Shown one piece after another: positions 1 through 7,887 of a stretch of DNA of 32,628 bases (the first letter of the stretch is position 1; every line of letters begins with the position of its first letter). The translations under genes were made by a program, and so were the position numbers. The notes beneath the pieces are model-generated. The model searched no databases. It was given only the letters and a program-made list of their open reading frames with translations, and was not told the origin of the DNA. Source of the stretch: Calditrichaceae bacterium (GTDB lineage Bacteria; Calditrichota; Calditrichia; Calditrichales; JBFXGD01); contig JBFXGD010000022.1 in the NCBI GenBank assembly GCA_050178385.1, positions 1-32,628 on the forward strand, in the 5' to 3' direction.

Positions 1-22
1 AGAAGTAGGAAGTAGGAAGTAA

Positions 23-290
23 GAAGGACAAGAAAAAAGATAAAAGAAAAAAGACAAAAGAATAAGAATGGTCTAAACTTGGATTAAATTGATTAAATGA
101 TGACCATGATTAAGAAAATGGAAATCAGAGTATAAAAATGTCGGAACTATGATTAAAATGATTAAATGATTGGGATGATTAAGACATGGGATATCAGTCC
201 TCATCTTAATCACACAAACCCGCCAAAGGCGGGCAGGTCAGAGTTCAGACAATAAATGACGATAAAAAGACGCGGCATGCCGCGTCTGTA
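23..290. repeat. Composite non-coding repeat, left copy (heptamer tract + MITE-like unit + palindrome); may extend beyond the window start
   Basis: 23-133 matches 2989-3099 at 108/111 nt by manual alignment. 238-290 matches 3117-3170 with one indel and two substitutions. Confidence 0.92.
268..287. repeat. Perfect 20-bp palindrome AGACGCGGCATGCCGCGTCT, REP-like; probably also terminates the minus-strand gene ending at 298
   Basis: Perfect inverted repeat followed on the minus strand by TTTTTAT. An 18-bp core copy is at 3149-3166. Confidence 0.75.
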
Positions 291-297
291 TATTTTG

Positions 298-1035
298 TTA
301 ATCACCCGCAATAAACGCGTCTAATTTCCAGTCATTTTGTTTAAAAATAAATATGCCTCGATATCCAATTGGCGAATGGATGTCAGTTTCTTTTACAAAT
401 CCATATCGCTTATTGTCAACCACAACGGGAATATATAACTCATCAATTTCAAGATTGATGTCTTCCCACTCTAAAACTTCAAAAATTGAATAACTCGTTG
501 AATGAAAAATTGAATTTTCAGTAGTTGACAGATATACATTACCATGTTCATTTTTTATTGCCCTATGATAATAGGGATCTAAATTATTTGGAAAAGTATC
601 AAATATATATGGAAATGTATAGGTTAGAGTGTCATCAGAAAAGGTCCCTCCGAGCTCAATCAGGGACATAAATAATGACCAAAATGGTGAAGCATTATTT
701 TCAATTTTCCATTTAGCTTTAAATTCTTCAATCCCGCCATCACCACCAAAACTATTTAATATATTGCTGTCCAACATAGAATAGACAAAGACTGAATCAT
801 GCATTTCAAGCGCATTTAAAAGCAGTGTCCTAAATTCCAAAAAACTGTTATTCATCCAACTTTCGTCTACAGGGAGAAGTTTTGGAAGAGAGTCTATGTA
901 CAGTATTGAAGATTCAATTTCTTCCTTTTTAAGAGGTTGATATGCTTCTTCTACATATTCGTCAGTAGAATTGGAATCACTACAGGAAAAAAAACAAATG
1001 GACATAAAAATTGTAATAGATATAATTAGATTCAT
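298..1035 (-). CDS. Hypothetical lipoprotein (possible SH3-like C-terminal region)
   Basis: ORF 298..1086. The likely start is the ATG at 1035, giving MNLIISITIFMSICFFS-C (hydrophobic signal plus lipobox Cys). Family-like motifs LLPVDE, SFGGDGGIEEF and a WKL..FIAGD C-terminus are present. Confidence 0.75.
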   Translation of the reverse strand: MNLIISITIFMSICFFSCSDSNSTDEYVEEAYQPLKKEEIESSILYIDSLPKLLPVDESWMNNSFLEFRTLLLNALEMHDSVFVYSMLDSNILNSFGGDGGIEEFKAKWKIENNASPFWSLFMSLIELGGTFSDDTLTYTFPYIFDTFPNNLDPYYHRAIKNEHGNVYLSTTENSIFHSTSYSIFEVLEWEDINLEIDELYIPVVVDNKRYGFVKETDIHSPIGYRGIFIFKQNDWKLDAFIAGD

Positions 1036-1306
1036 ATTTATTATCCCCAACCATGTAAACGATAAAACGGCCATTGCAAAAAGCACTGATTTTATGGAAT
1101 ATGTGAATTCCAGCTATTGGTGATTACTTCCCGTGCTCAGAATGTCTGGCTTTAATTTAATTGATATTTAATGTTTACTTCGACTACATAATCTATACGC
1201 TTCAGAATTTTTGATATGGTGTTACTGAACCCAAACTACTCAATTCTTACTTTAATTCTTAGCTGTCTGTGTACAGATTCATGTTAGTGCAATTGAAATA
1301 ATGCAC

Positions 1307-1966
1307 CTATTTTAATCTAAATTTTACTGTTAAATTTGTCCTTGTGGCTACTGATTGCTCAATATCAATCAATGAATGAACATTTGCAGTCTTTAAAGAT
1401 ACTGACAGATCTAAATTCCTGAACTCATTTGTTCTCGTGGAGATTTCAATGATTTCTCCAACTTCTTTCCCTAAAGATTCAGCTATTATTTCTGCGTCTC
1501 TCTTCGCATTTTTTAAAGCGGATGTATAGCCATCTTTTCGGGCCTTTTCAACCTGACTGCTTCCAAACCTCGATCTAAACTCATAAAAACCGTTTGATAG
1601 TAATTTAATCTGAAAATCCTGGTACTTTGAGATGCCCTGAAAAACAACTTTTATTTGTTGCGAAGATGAAAAGTTTTTATCTCCTGAACGCGGATTACTT
1701 TTTCTGATAGTCAATAAAGAATATTGAATTGAACTATCCGGAACGGAGAATTCATTTAAGAGTCTGATTAGTTTTTGTTCCTGTGATTTGTGGTCATCAA
1801 ATACTTTCTGAGGATCGGGATCATCAACAGAAATTTTGATATCGAAATATAGTATGTCCGCAACAACATACACAGTCGATGAAGATTCAATTGTGATAGA
1901 GTTCGACTCCATTTCTTGCGCGTACAAAGTAGAAGTGATTAACAATATCCAGAACAATTTTAACAT
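1307..1966 (-). CDS. SIMPL/DUF541-family exported protein
   Basis: ATG at 1966 follows GGAGGTG. Signal peptide MLKLFWILLITSTLYAQ. SIMPL-like ALKNAKRDAEIIAESLGKEVGEIIEI and C-terminal VKFRLK. Confidence 0.8.
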   Translation of the reverse strand: MLKLFWILLITSTLYAQEMESNSITIESSSTVYVVADILYFDIKISVDDPDPQKVFDDHKSQEQKLIRLLNEFSVPDSSIQYSLLTIRKSNPRSGDKNFSSSQQIKVVFQGISKYQDFQIKLLSNGFYEFRSRFGSSQVEKARKDGYTSALKNAKRDAEIIAESLGKEVGEIIEISTRTNEFRNLDLSVSLKTANVHSLIDIEQSVATRTNLTVKFRLK

Positions 1967-2181
1967 ATTGTCACCTCCGGTAAATTTGGAATATAACAGA
2001 TGTTTGGTCTGATAAAAGATTCTGTTTGTTGTCTTCAATATATAGAATTACAATTCCGCGAAATTTGATAGATTGATGGGCTCGATTGATCCTTCGTTAT
2101 TGTGAAAATGCCGGGAACAGTTTTTATAAAGGGAAACTTATATTTCAAAATTGGTAAATCTCTGAAAATAAAAATTTCGGT

Positions 2182-2544
2182 CTATCGAATTACCGAACTA
2201 TATATTTCGCCATCTTCTGTCTTTGGACATTCCCAGAAATAAACAATGATATGATCGTTTAGTTGAAATTCATCCATTATGAATGGCTCAATAATTTTGC
2301 TTTCATGGCATGAAATTTGGTTGTCGACTGTACAAATGGCTGCCCAGTTTATGTGCTCGGCAGTTCCCGCGTCAACTACAAAAGTTCCGATTGTAGATGA
2401 TGAATTGTTTTTGATTTCTACACCACTCCCGGCAAAAGTTAATACGACGTTGTCTTCCACTTTTTCTGCGGCGTCATCAGTACAACCGCTCCAAATAAAT
2501 ACCGAAAATATTATGGAGATTAAAATCATTAATTTTAATCGCAT
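2182..2544 (-). CDS. Hypothetical lipoprotein
   Basis: GGAGA RBS upstream; signal peptide ending in WSG-C lipobox; 120 aa. Confidence 0.7.
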   Translation of the reverse strand: MRLKLMILISIIFSVFIWSGCTDDAAEKVEDNVVLTFAGSGVEIKNNSSSTIGTFVVDAGTAEHINWAAICTVDNQISCHESKIIEPFIMDEFQLNDHIIVYFWECPKTEDGEIYSSVIR

Positions 2545-2669
2545 ATATTCTCCAGTAATAACTTGTGTTTAATTGAAGGAAAAAATTTTATTTAGGAATT
2601 TTAGTACAACACAATGTAAGCAAACTATGACCACAATCAAGAAATTTTAAATTATCCATATTACGTTAA

Positions 2670-3297
2670 AAGTAGGAATTAGGAAGTAGGAAGTTAAAGA
2701 GCGTTAAGAGTTAAGTGTGTAAGAGTTAAGAGTGGGGGCGTCCCAATTTGGGCAGGCGATGTCATAGTCAACCGCGGTGAACCCGGTTAATCTACCTGTA
2801 TGTCATGCCGCAGGCATCTTTGGCTATCTTGGAAGGATGTAGAAAAAAAAGATTCTTTTGGGCGAATTTTCTGTTCGAGTGGATGAGTCAGAAAATAGAA
2901 ATATGTATCACGAGTTAAAATTCGCCAGGGCTTTTTGCTGCTTTTTGGCCATTCAAAAAGTAGGGAGAAAAGAATAAGTAAGAAGTAGGAAGGACAAGAA
3001 AAAAGATAAAAGAAAAAAGACAAAAGAATAAGAATGGTCTAAACTTGGATTAAATTGATTAAATGATGAGCATGATTAAAAAATTGGAAATCAGAGTATT
3101 CATTTAATCATGCGAATCAGAGTTCAGACAATAAATGACGAAAAAAAAGACGCGGCATGCCGCGTCCGTAATTTCGGGAAAATACACATCCCCTCTTTTA
3201 TCTTTTGTCTTTTGAAGACAGACGCCCAAATTGGGCCGCCTCTACGCATAACGCTTAACGCTTTTTACTTCTCCCTCTTTTTTCTTATCCTTCTTTC
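2670..3297. repeat. Nested inverted-repeat mosaic (heptamer tracts, REP-like pair, MITE-like unit) containing the right copy of the direct repeat
   Basis: Inverted pairs: 2701-2708/3254-3261, 2732-2753/3224-3245, 3001-3026/3195-3214, 3036-3051/3115-3130 and 3071-3080/3103-3112. Confidence 0.8.
2989..3170. repeat. Composite non-coding repeat, right copy
   Basis: Direct-repeat match to 23-133 and 238-290. Confidence 0.92.
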
Positions 3298-3413
3298 ATT
3301 CATCGTGTGCGGCTGTTATATTATCCGTTAGGGGCGGCCCGATTCACTAAATTGATTTTTTTACTTATAAAACAGGCTGGGGGAGAATATTCATTTCCAT
3401 AATCGGAGGTAAT

Positions 3414-3977
3414 ATGATCTATGAAACAAAGGATTTCGCGCATCTTATCGGCATGGACGGATTCAGCGGCGAATTACTAAACGATCATTTTACGCTGTAT
3501 AAAGGGTATGTCGCCAATACCAATAAAAATCTTGAACTCCTGACCAAACTGACATCCGGGTCTTACGAAGCGGCGGAAGTCCGGCGACGTCTGGGATGGG
3601 AATTTAACGGGATGCGGCTTCATGAATATTACTTCGGTAATCTCGGCGGCAACGGCAAGTTGAAAAGCGATTCACGTCTGATGAAATTTATCAAAGACAG
3701 TTTTGGCGGTTTTGAAAACTGGGAGAAGGATTTCCGCGCGGCGGCGGCCATGCGGGGTATCGGCTGGGTGGTTCTGTATCATGATACTATGGCAAAAAAG
3801 CTGATCAATTTCTGGATCAATGAACATGATGTCGCTCACCCGGCGGGATGTCAGCCCATCCTGGTGATGGATGTTTTTGAGCACGCGTTTATCCGCGATT
3901 ACGGTCTCGCGCGGGGCGGATATATCGACGCGTTTTTTAAGAATATCGACTGGGCTGCAGCGGAAGAACGGTTATAA
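3414..3977 (+). CDS. Fe/Mn superoxide dismutase family protein (short ChrC/ChrF-like type)
   Basis: GGAGG RBS. Metal-ligand motifs HFTLYKGYV, LHEYYF and DVFEH; also GIGWVVL. Confidence 0.9.
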   Translation: MIYETKDFAHLIGMDGFSGELLNDHFTLYKGYVANTNKNLELLTKLTSGSYEAAEVRRRLGWEFNGMRLHEYYFGNLGGNGKLKSDSRLMKFIKDSFGGFENWEKDFRAAAAMRGIGWVVLYHDTMAKKLINFWINEHDVAHPAGCQPILVMDVFEHAFIRDYGLARGGYIDAFFKNIDWAAAEERL

Positions 3978-3979
3978 TC

Positions 3980-4010
3980 AGAAAAGGCGCCGTTAAACGC
4001 GGCGCCTGTA
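3980..4010. terminator. Hairpin between the convergent SOD and amidase genes
   Basis: AAAAGGCGCCG-TTAAACG-CGGCGCCT; U-tract on the minus strand. Confidence 0.65.
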
Positions 4011-4017
4011 TCTTTCA

Positions 4018-5694
4018 TCAATCCCACTTAAGCGGCGGATGTTTTAGATGATAATCCGTTGCCGACTGATATGCTTTTGCCGCCGAAATCAGCTCACCTT
4101 CCCTGAACAAGTTTCCGGTGATGGTGATACTCGTGGGCGTTCCGTCCTCTGAAAATCCGTTGGGCATGACGATGGCCGGATGCCCAGTCAGATTTGTTAA
4201 CAACAGATTGTCGCCTTCCCAGGATGGCGCGAGATAAATATCAACGGTTTTCATCAAATCATTCATCTCCTGAATAAGCTGATAGCGGATGCGGTTGGCG
4301 TTGATATATTCAACGGCGGGTATAAATCGAGAAGCTCTGAAAACATTCGGCCAGGCGTTCTTGACCTGCCGGACGAGGAGATCGTCTTTCCCGCTCCGGG
4401 TGAGCTCGTCAAAGGCGGCGCCCGCTTCGGCCGAAAGAATGATACCGAGATCCGCCACAGGCAGTTCAGGTAATTTGATTGGAATCAGTTCGATTCCCAT
4501 GTTTCTGAATACACCGAGCGCGAGAGAATCATTGGTTTTAAAATCGTAGTCTTTTTTAAAATCATCTTCAATATATCCGACTCTTAACTTCCGGATATCA
4601 TATGTGGCATCATAATTAAACGGCAGGTCGTAAACTGTCTGATCTTTTCCGTCGGGTCCGTTGATGGCGTTGAGAACGATGGCGCAGTCTTCGGCATCGC
4701 GGCAGATGGGTCCAATTTTATCCATGCTCCAGCTCAGCGCCATGGCGCCCGAACGGCTGACCCGCCCGTAGGTGGGACGAAGGCCGGTGACACCGCAAAC
4801 GGTGGAGGGCGATATGATCGATCCCCAGGTTTCCGTTCCGATGGCAAAGGGGACAAGTCCCGCGGAAGTCGCTGCCGCCGATCCCGCGGATGATCCGCTC
4901 GAACCTTGTGTGATATCCCACGGATTGCGCGTCATTCCACCGTACCAGTATTCACCCCAGGCAAGCGCGCCCATGGTTAATTTAGCGACAAGCACGGCGC
5001 CTGCCGCATCCAGTTTTTGAATGACCGCCGCGTTTTCATCGATGATCTGGTCTTTGTATGGCGTGGCTCCCCAGGTTGTTTTATAGCCTTTTACGGCAAG
5101 AAGATCCTTCGCGCCGTATGGAATGCCGTGCAAAGGGCCCCGGTATTTTCCCGAAGCGATCTCGGAATCGGCCCGGCGCGCCTGCTCAAGGGCGAGATCC
5201 TCCGTCAGCGTGATCACGCATTCGAGTTTCGGATCGTATTTTTTTAGGCGGTCGAGATACATTTGGGTTAACTCCAGCGAAGTGATTTTTTTCGTACGGA
5301 TCATTTCGGCGAGCTGACCGATTGAGTAAAAGGCGAGCTCATCGGAACTTTCCGGCGCTTTTGTTCCGGAATAATCAGTTAGTCTGAAGTATTTTTCCTT
5401 GATGTCCATTTTCATATCCCGGGGAATCGGATTAAACAGAATCGCCGGCGGAACATCGTTGTTCAATTCCACCTTGTGGATATTGCCGAAATTTCCCGAT
5501 TGCTCATTGAGAGCATCGAGCATGGAATCTCTTTTGACGTCACTAAAGGAGAGCCCGATCAGTTCTTCCGCCGACTGAATTTTATGGATGGTGATGGTTT
5601 GACCGGTCCACAGGTCTCTGTAAAACAATCCGATCAGGAATCCAATAAAAGCGGCCGCGAGAAAAAACGCCGCGCCCCGAAAAATCTTTTGCAT
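4018..5694 (-). CDS. Amidase signature family enzyme (GatA-like) with N-terminal membrane anchor
   Basis: ATG at 5694 follows GGGGAGG. Motifs GIPYGAKDL, GSSGSSAGSAAA and GTETWGSIISP (Lys-Ser-Ser triad). Confidence 0.92.
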   Translation of the reverse strand: MQKIFRGAAFFLAAAFIGFLIGLFYRDLWTGQTITIHKIQSAEELIGLSFSDVKRDSMLDALNEQSGNFGNIHKVELNNDVPPAILFNPIPRDMKMDIKEKYFRLTDYSGTKAPESSDELAFYSIGQLAEMIRTKKITSLELTQMYLDRLKKYDPKLECVITLTEDLALEQARRADSEIASGKYRGPLHGIPYGAKDLLAVKGYKTTWGATPYKDQIIDENAAVIQKLDAAGAVLVAKLTMGALAWGEYWYGGMTRNPWDITQGSSGSSAGSAAATSAGLVPFAIGTETWGSIISPSTVCGVTGLRPTYGRVSRSGAMALSWSMDKIGPICRDAEDCAIVLNAINGPDGKDQTVYDLPFNYDATYDIRKLRVGYIEDDFKKDYDFKTNDSLALGVFRNMGIELIPIKLPELPVADLGIILSAEAGAAFDELTRSGKDDLLVRQVKNAWPNVFRASRFIPAVEYINANRIRYQLIQEMNDLMKTVDIYLAPSWEGDNLLLTNLTGHPAIVMPNGFSEDGTPTSITITGNLFREGELISAAKAYQSATDYHLKHPPLKWD

Positions 5695-5975
5695 AAAACC
5701 TCCCCCGGTAAGATGAAATTGTCTGAACGCGTTTTGGACATTTTTAAATAAAATGGAGAATGCATTCAAGATAACATAATTTTTATAGTGATACCGCATC
5801 AAAAATTACAGGGGAGAACTTCTCTGTCGTCATATTCGATGAGAGAAATTCAAATAAGGTTATTACCGTTGCTAAAAGCGCTTGATTGTAAAATTGTTAT
5901 TTTTGCGGTCATACAAATTTCATTTTCAGGATATCTTTTGCTAAATTAAAGCGCTTTAATGGAACTGAGGAATAC

Positions 5976-6359
5976 ATGAAAAACAAAAAAGAATTAATCG
6001 TTGTCGGCGACCGCGTTTTGATTAAACCGGATCAGACAAAAGAAAAAACGAATTTTGGTTTATATCTTCCGCAGGGGGTAGAGAGCAAAGATAAAGTTCA
6101 GGGCGGATTTATTTTTCGTGTGGGGCCAGGTTATCCGCTACCCGATCCGGGTTCCCTTTCCGATGAACCGTGGGACGGATCACATGCCGAGCCCAAATAT
6201 CTTCCCTTGCAGGCCCAGGAGGGTGATTATGCGCTGTTTTTACGCAAATCATCAATTGAAATTGAATTTGAAAAAGAAACCTATCTGATTGTGCCGCAGG
6301 CCGCCATCCTACTTTTAATTCGCGAAAATATTCTGGATCAGATTCGACCGGAAGAATGA
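5976..6359 (+). CDS. Co-chaperonin GroES/Cpn10-family protein (orphan, long-loop type)
   Basis: GDRVLIKP...GLYLP...VGPG...EGD...YLIV..AIL pattern; GAGG RBS. Confidence 0.88.
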   Translation: MKNKKELIVVGDRVLIKPDQTKEKTNFGLYLPQGVESKDKVQGGFIFRVGPGYPLPDPGSLSDEPWDGSHAEPKYLPLQAQEGDYALFLRKSSIEIEFEKETYLIVPQAAILLLIRENILDQIRPEE

Positions 6360-6506
6360 GAATCGTCGGATCCTGACATTTATGATCAATTTTGATCTGC
6401 TCACAATCCTGAATACGAATTGTCGGAACTTTCTGGCCGGTTTTACGAAATAATTAATACGATCTGCCGGTTATCAGAATTGAGTCTGAAATACAATAAG
6501 GTATAA

Positions 6507-7700
6507 ATGATGAGAATGTATATATTCTTTTTTACGGTTTTAATATTATTTACAGGCCTGACCTGGCTGGCGGGCAGGCTGCTGAGAAATACCAACAGAA
6601 AAATATGGAATATCGGCGCTCTTGACCGTACGGGTAAATTGCTGCCTTTCATTATGGTCATTATGCTGGTGATCTGGAGCTCGGGATCGGGTATGGGAGA
6701 GCATACCGTCCGTTTTGCCGGTGCCACCGGCAGCGCGATCATCATGATATTTAGTCTGATACTTTTGCTAACTCTGCCGTTTTCGCTGTTTACAAACCGC
6801 ATCAGCGGGTGGGTGAATTATTTTGACGCGAAAAAGAAAAAATCAGAAGTCGTTCAGGTTCAGAGACGATTGTTTCTAAAGTCCACCGCGGCGGTGATCC
6901 CCGTCCTGGCGCTGGGCACCAGCGGCACAGCTTTGGCGGCCTCCTTTGAGAATGTCCGTTTTCCAAAAGTCAAAATGAAGTATGCCAATCTGCCGGATGA
7001 ACTGGATGGATTTAAGATCCTCCATTTAAGCGATCTTCATCTCGGATACTATTTTAATCTTGATGATCTTGAAAACACATTAATCCGGGCGGAAGCATTA
7101 AAGCCTGATTTGATACTGGTGACGGGTGATGTGGCCGATGATCTCACACAGTTGGGCGGCGCGATGAATCTAATCGATCAGCTCAAAACCCCCTTCGCCA
7201 AATTTGTTTCGCTTGGGAATCATGAGTATCACCGCGGGATCCGTGAAGTAAAAAGAATACTCGACGCCGGACCGGTTCCGCTTCTGCAAAATGATTCTGC
7301 TTTGCTGGAAGTAGGCAATTCAAAGATATACATCGGCGGCGCCGATGATCCGGTCATGTTAAGATCGGATATGACAGAATTCCTGGATAAAACAGTTCAG
7401 GCGGCCATGTATAAAGCCCCGTCCGACGCGTTTAAAGTGCTGATGAGCCATCGTCCGCGGGCGCTGGATGTGGCGGACGCGCATTCAGTGGATTTAGTGC
7501 TCTCCGGACACACACACGGGGGACAGGTTGGATTTAACGGCCGCAGCGCGTTTGAGAATTTCGCGAAGGAAAGTTATCTTTGGGGAAAATATCAGCAGGG
7601 AAGTGCGCAACTTTATACATCAGCGGGAATGGGGCAATGGTTTCCTTTCCGGTTAGGTTGTCCGGCGGAAGCGCCTTTGATCATTTTGAAAAAAGCATGA
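6507..7700 (+). CDS. Membrane-anchored metallophosphoesterase (YkuE/YaeI-like)
   Basis: N-terminal TM helices; calcineurin-like motifs DLHLG, TGD, GNHE, SH and SGHTHGGQ. Confidence 0.92.
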   Translation: MMRMYIFFFTVLILFTGLTWLAGRLLRNTNRKIWNIGALDRTGKLLPFIMVIMLVIWSSGSGMGEHTVRFAGATGSAIIMIFSLILLLTLPFSLFTNRISGWVNYFDAKKKKSEVVQVQRRLFLKSTAAVIPVLALGTSGTALAASFENVRFPKVKMKYANLPDELDGFKILHLSDLHLGYYFNLDDLENTLIRAEALKPDLILVTGDVADDLTQLGGAMNLIDQLKTPFAKFVSLGNHEYHRGIREVKRILDAGPVPLLQNDSALLEVGNSKIYIGGADDPVMLRSDMTEFLDKTVQAAMYKAPSDAFKVLMSHRPRALDVADAHSVDLVLSGHTHGGQVGFNGRSAFENFAKESYLWGKYQQGSAQLYTSAGMGQWFPFRLGCPAEAPLIILKKA

Positions 7701-7887
7701 ACTGGAAAAATATAAATCGCTGACGGCGATGATAGTCAGATGCCCGGTTATACGGAGGCGTTAACCGAAGAATTAATGTGAAAGCAAAAACCGCCCTCTG
7801 ATTGAATTTTGTCACTTTTATTTATTCGTATCATAAATTTATATATATTAAGACAATCTGTCCGGCGTTTGAGATGAAAGGTGATGA

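Noticed and set aside
1..290. CRISPR array in the repetitive start of the window
   Set aside because: No constant-length repeat with unique spacers, and no cas genes.
1985..2105. Second attC-like site (minus strand ATAAC...GTTATAT) upstream of the SIMPL gene
   Set aside because: No inner complementarity, and the gene has its own strong RBS.
2787..3331. ORFs 2787..3023(-) and 3110..3331(+)
   Set aside because: Low-complexity translations of the repeat tracts, with no RBS or recognisable domain.
6864..6950. Internal twin-arginine-like RRLFLK motif in the metallophosphoesterase
   Set aside because: A common feature of this membrane-anchored family; not novel.
7701..7887. c-di-AMP or fluoride riboswitch before the K+ channel (ATCGCTGA and GGCGATGA fragments)
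   Set aside because: Only short word matches; the rest of either consensus is absent.
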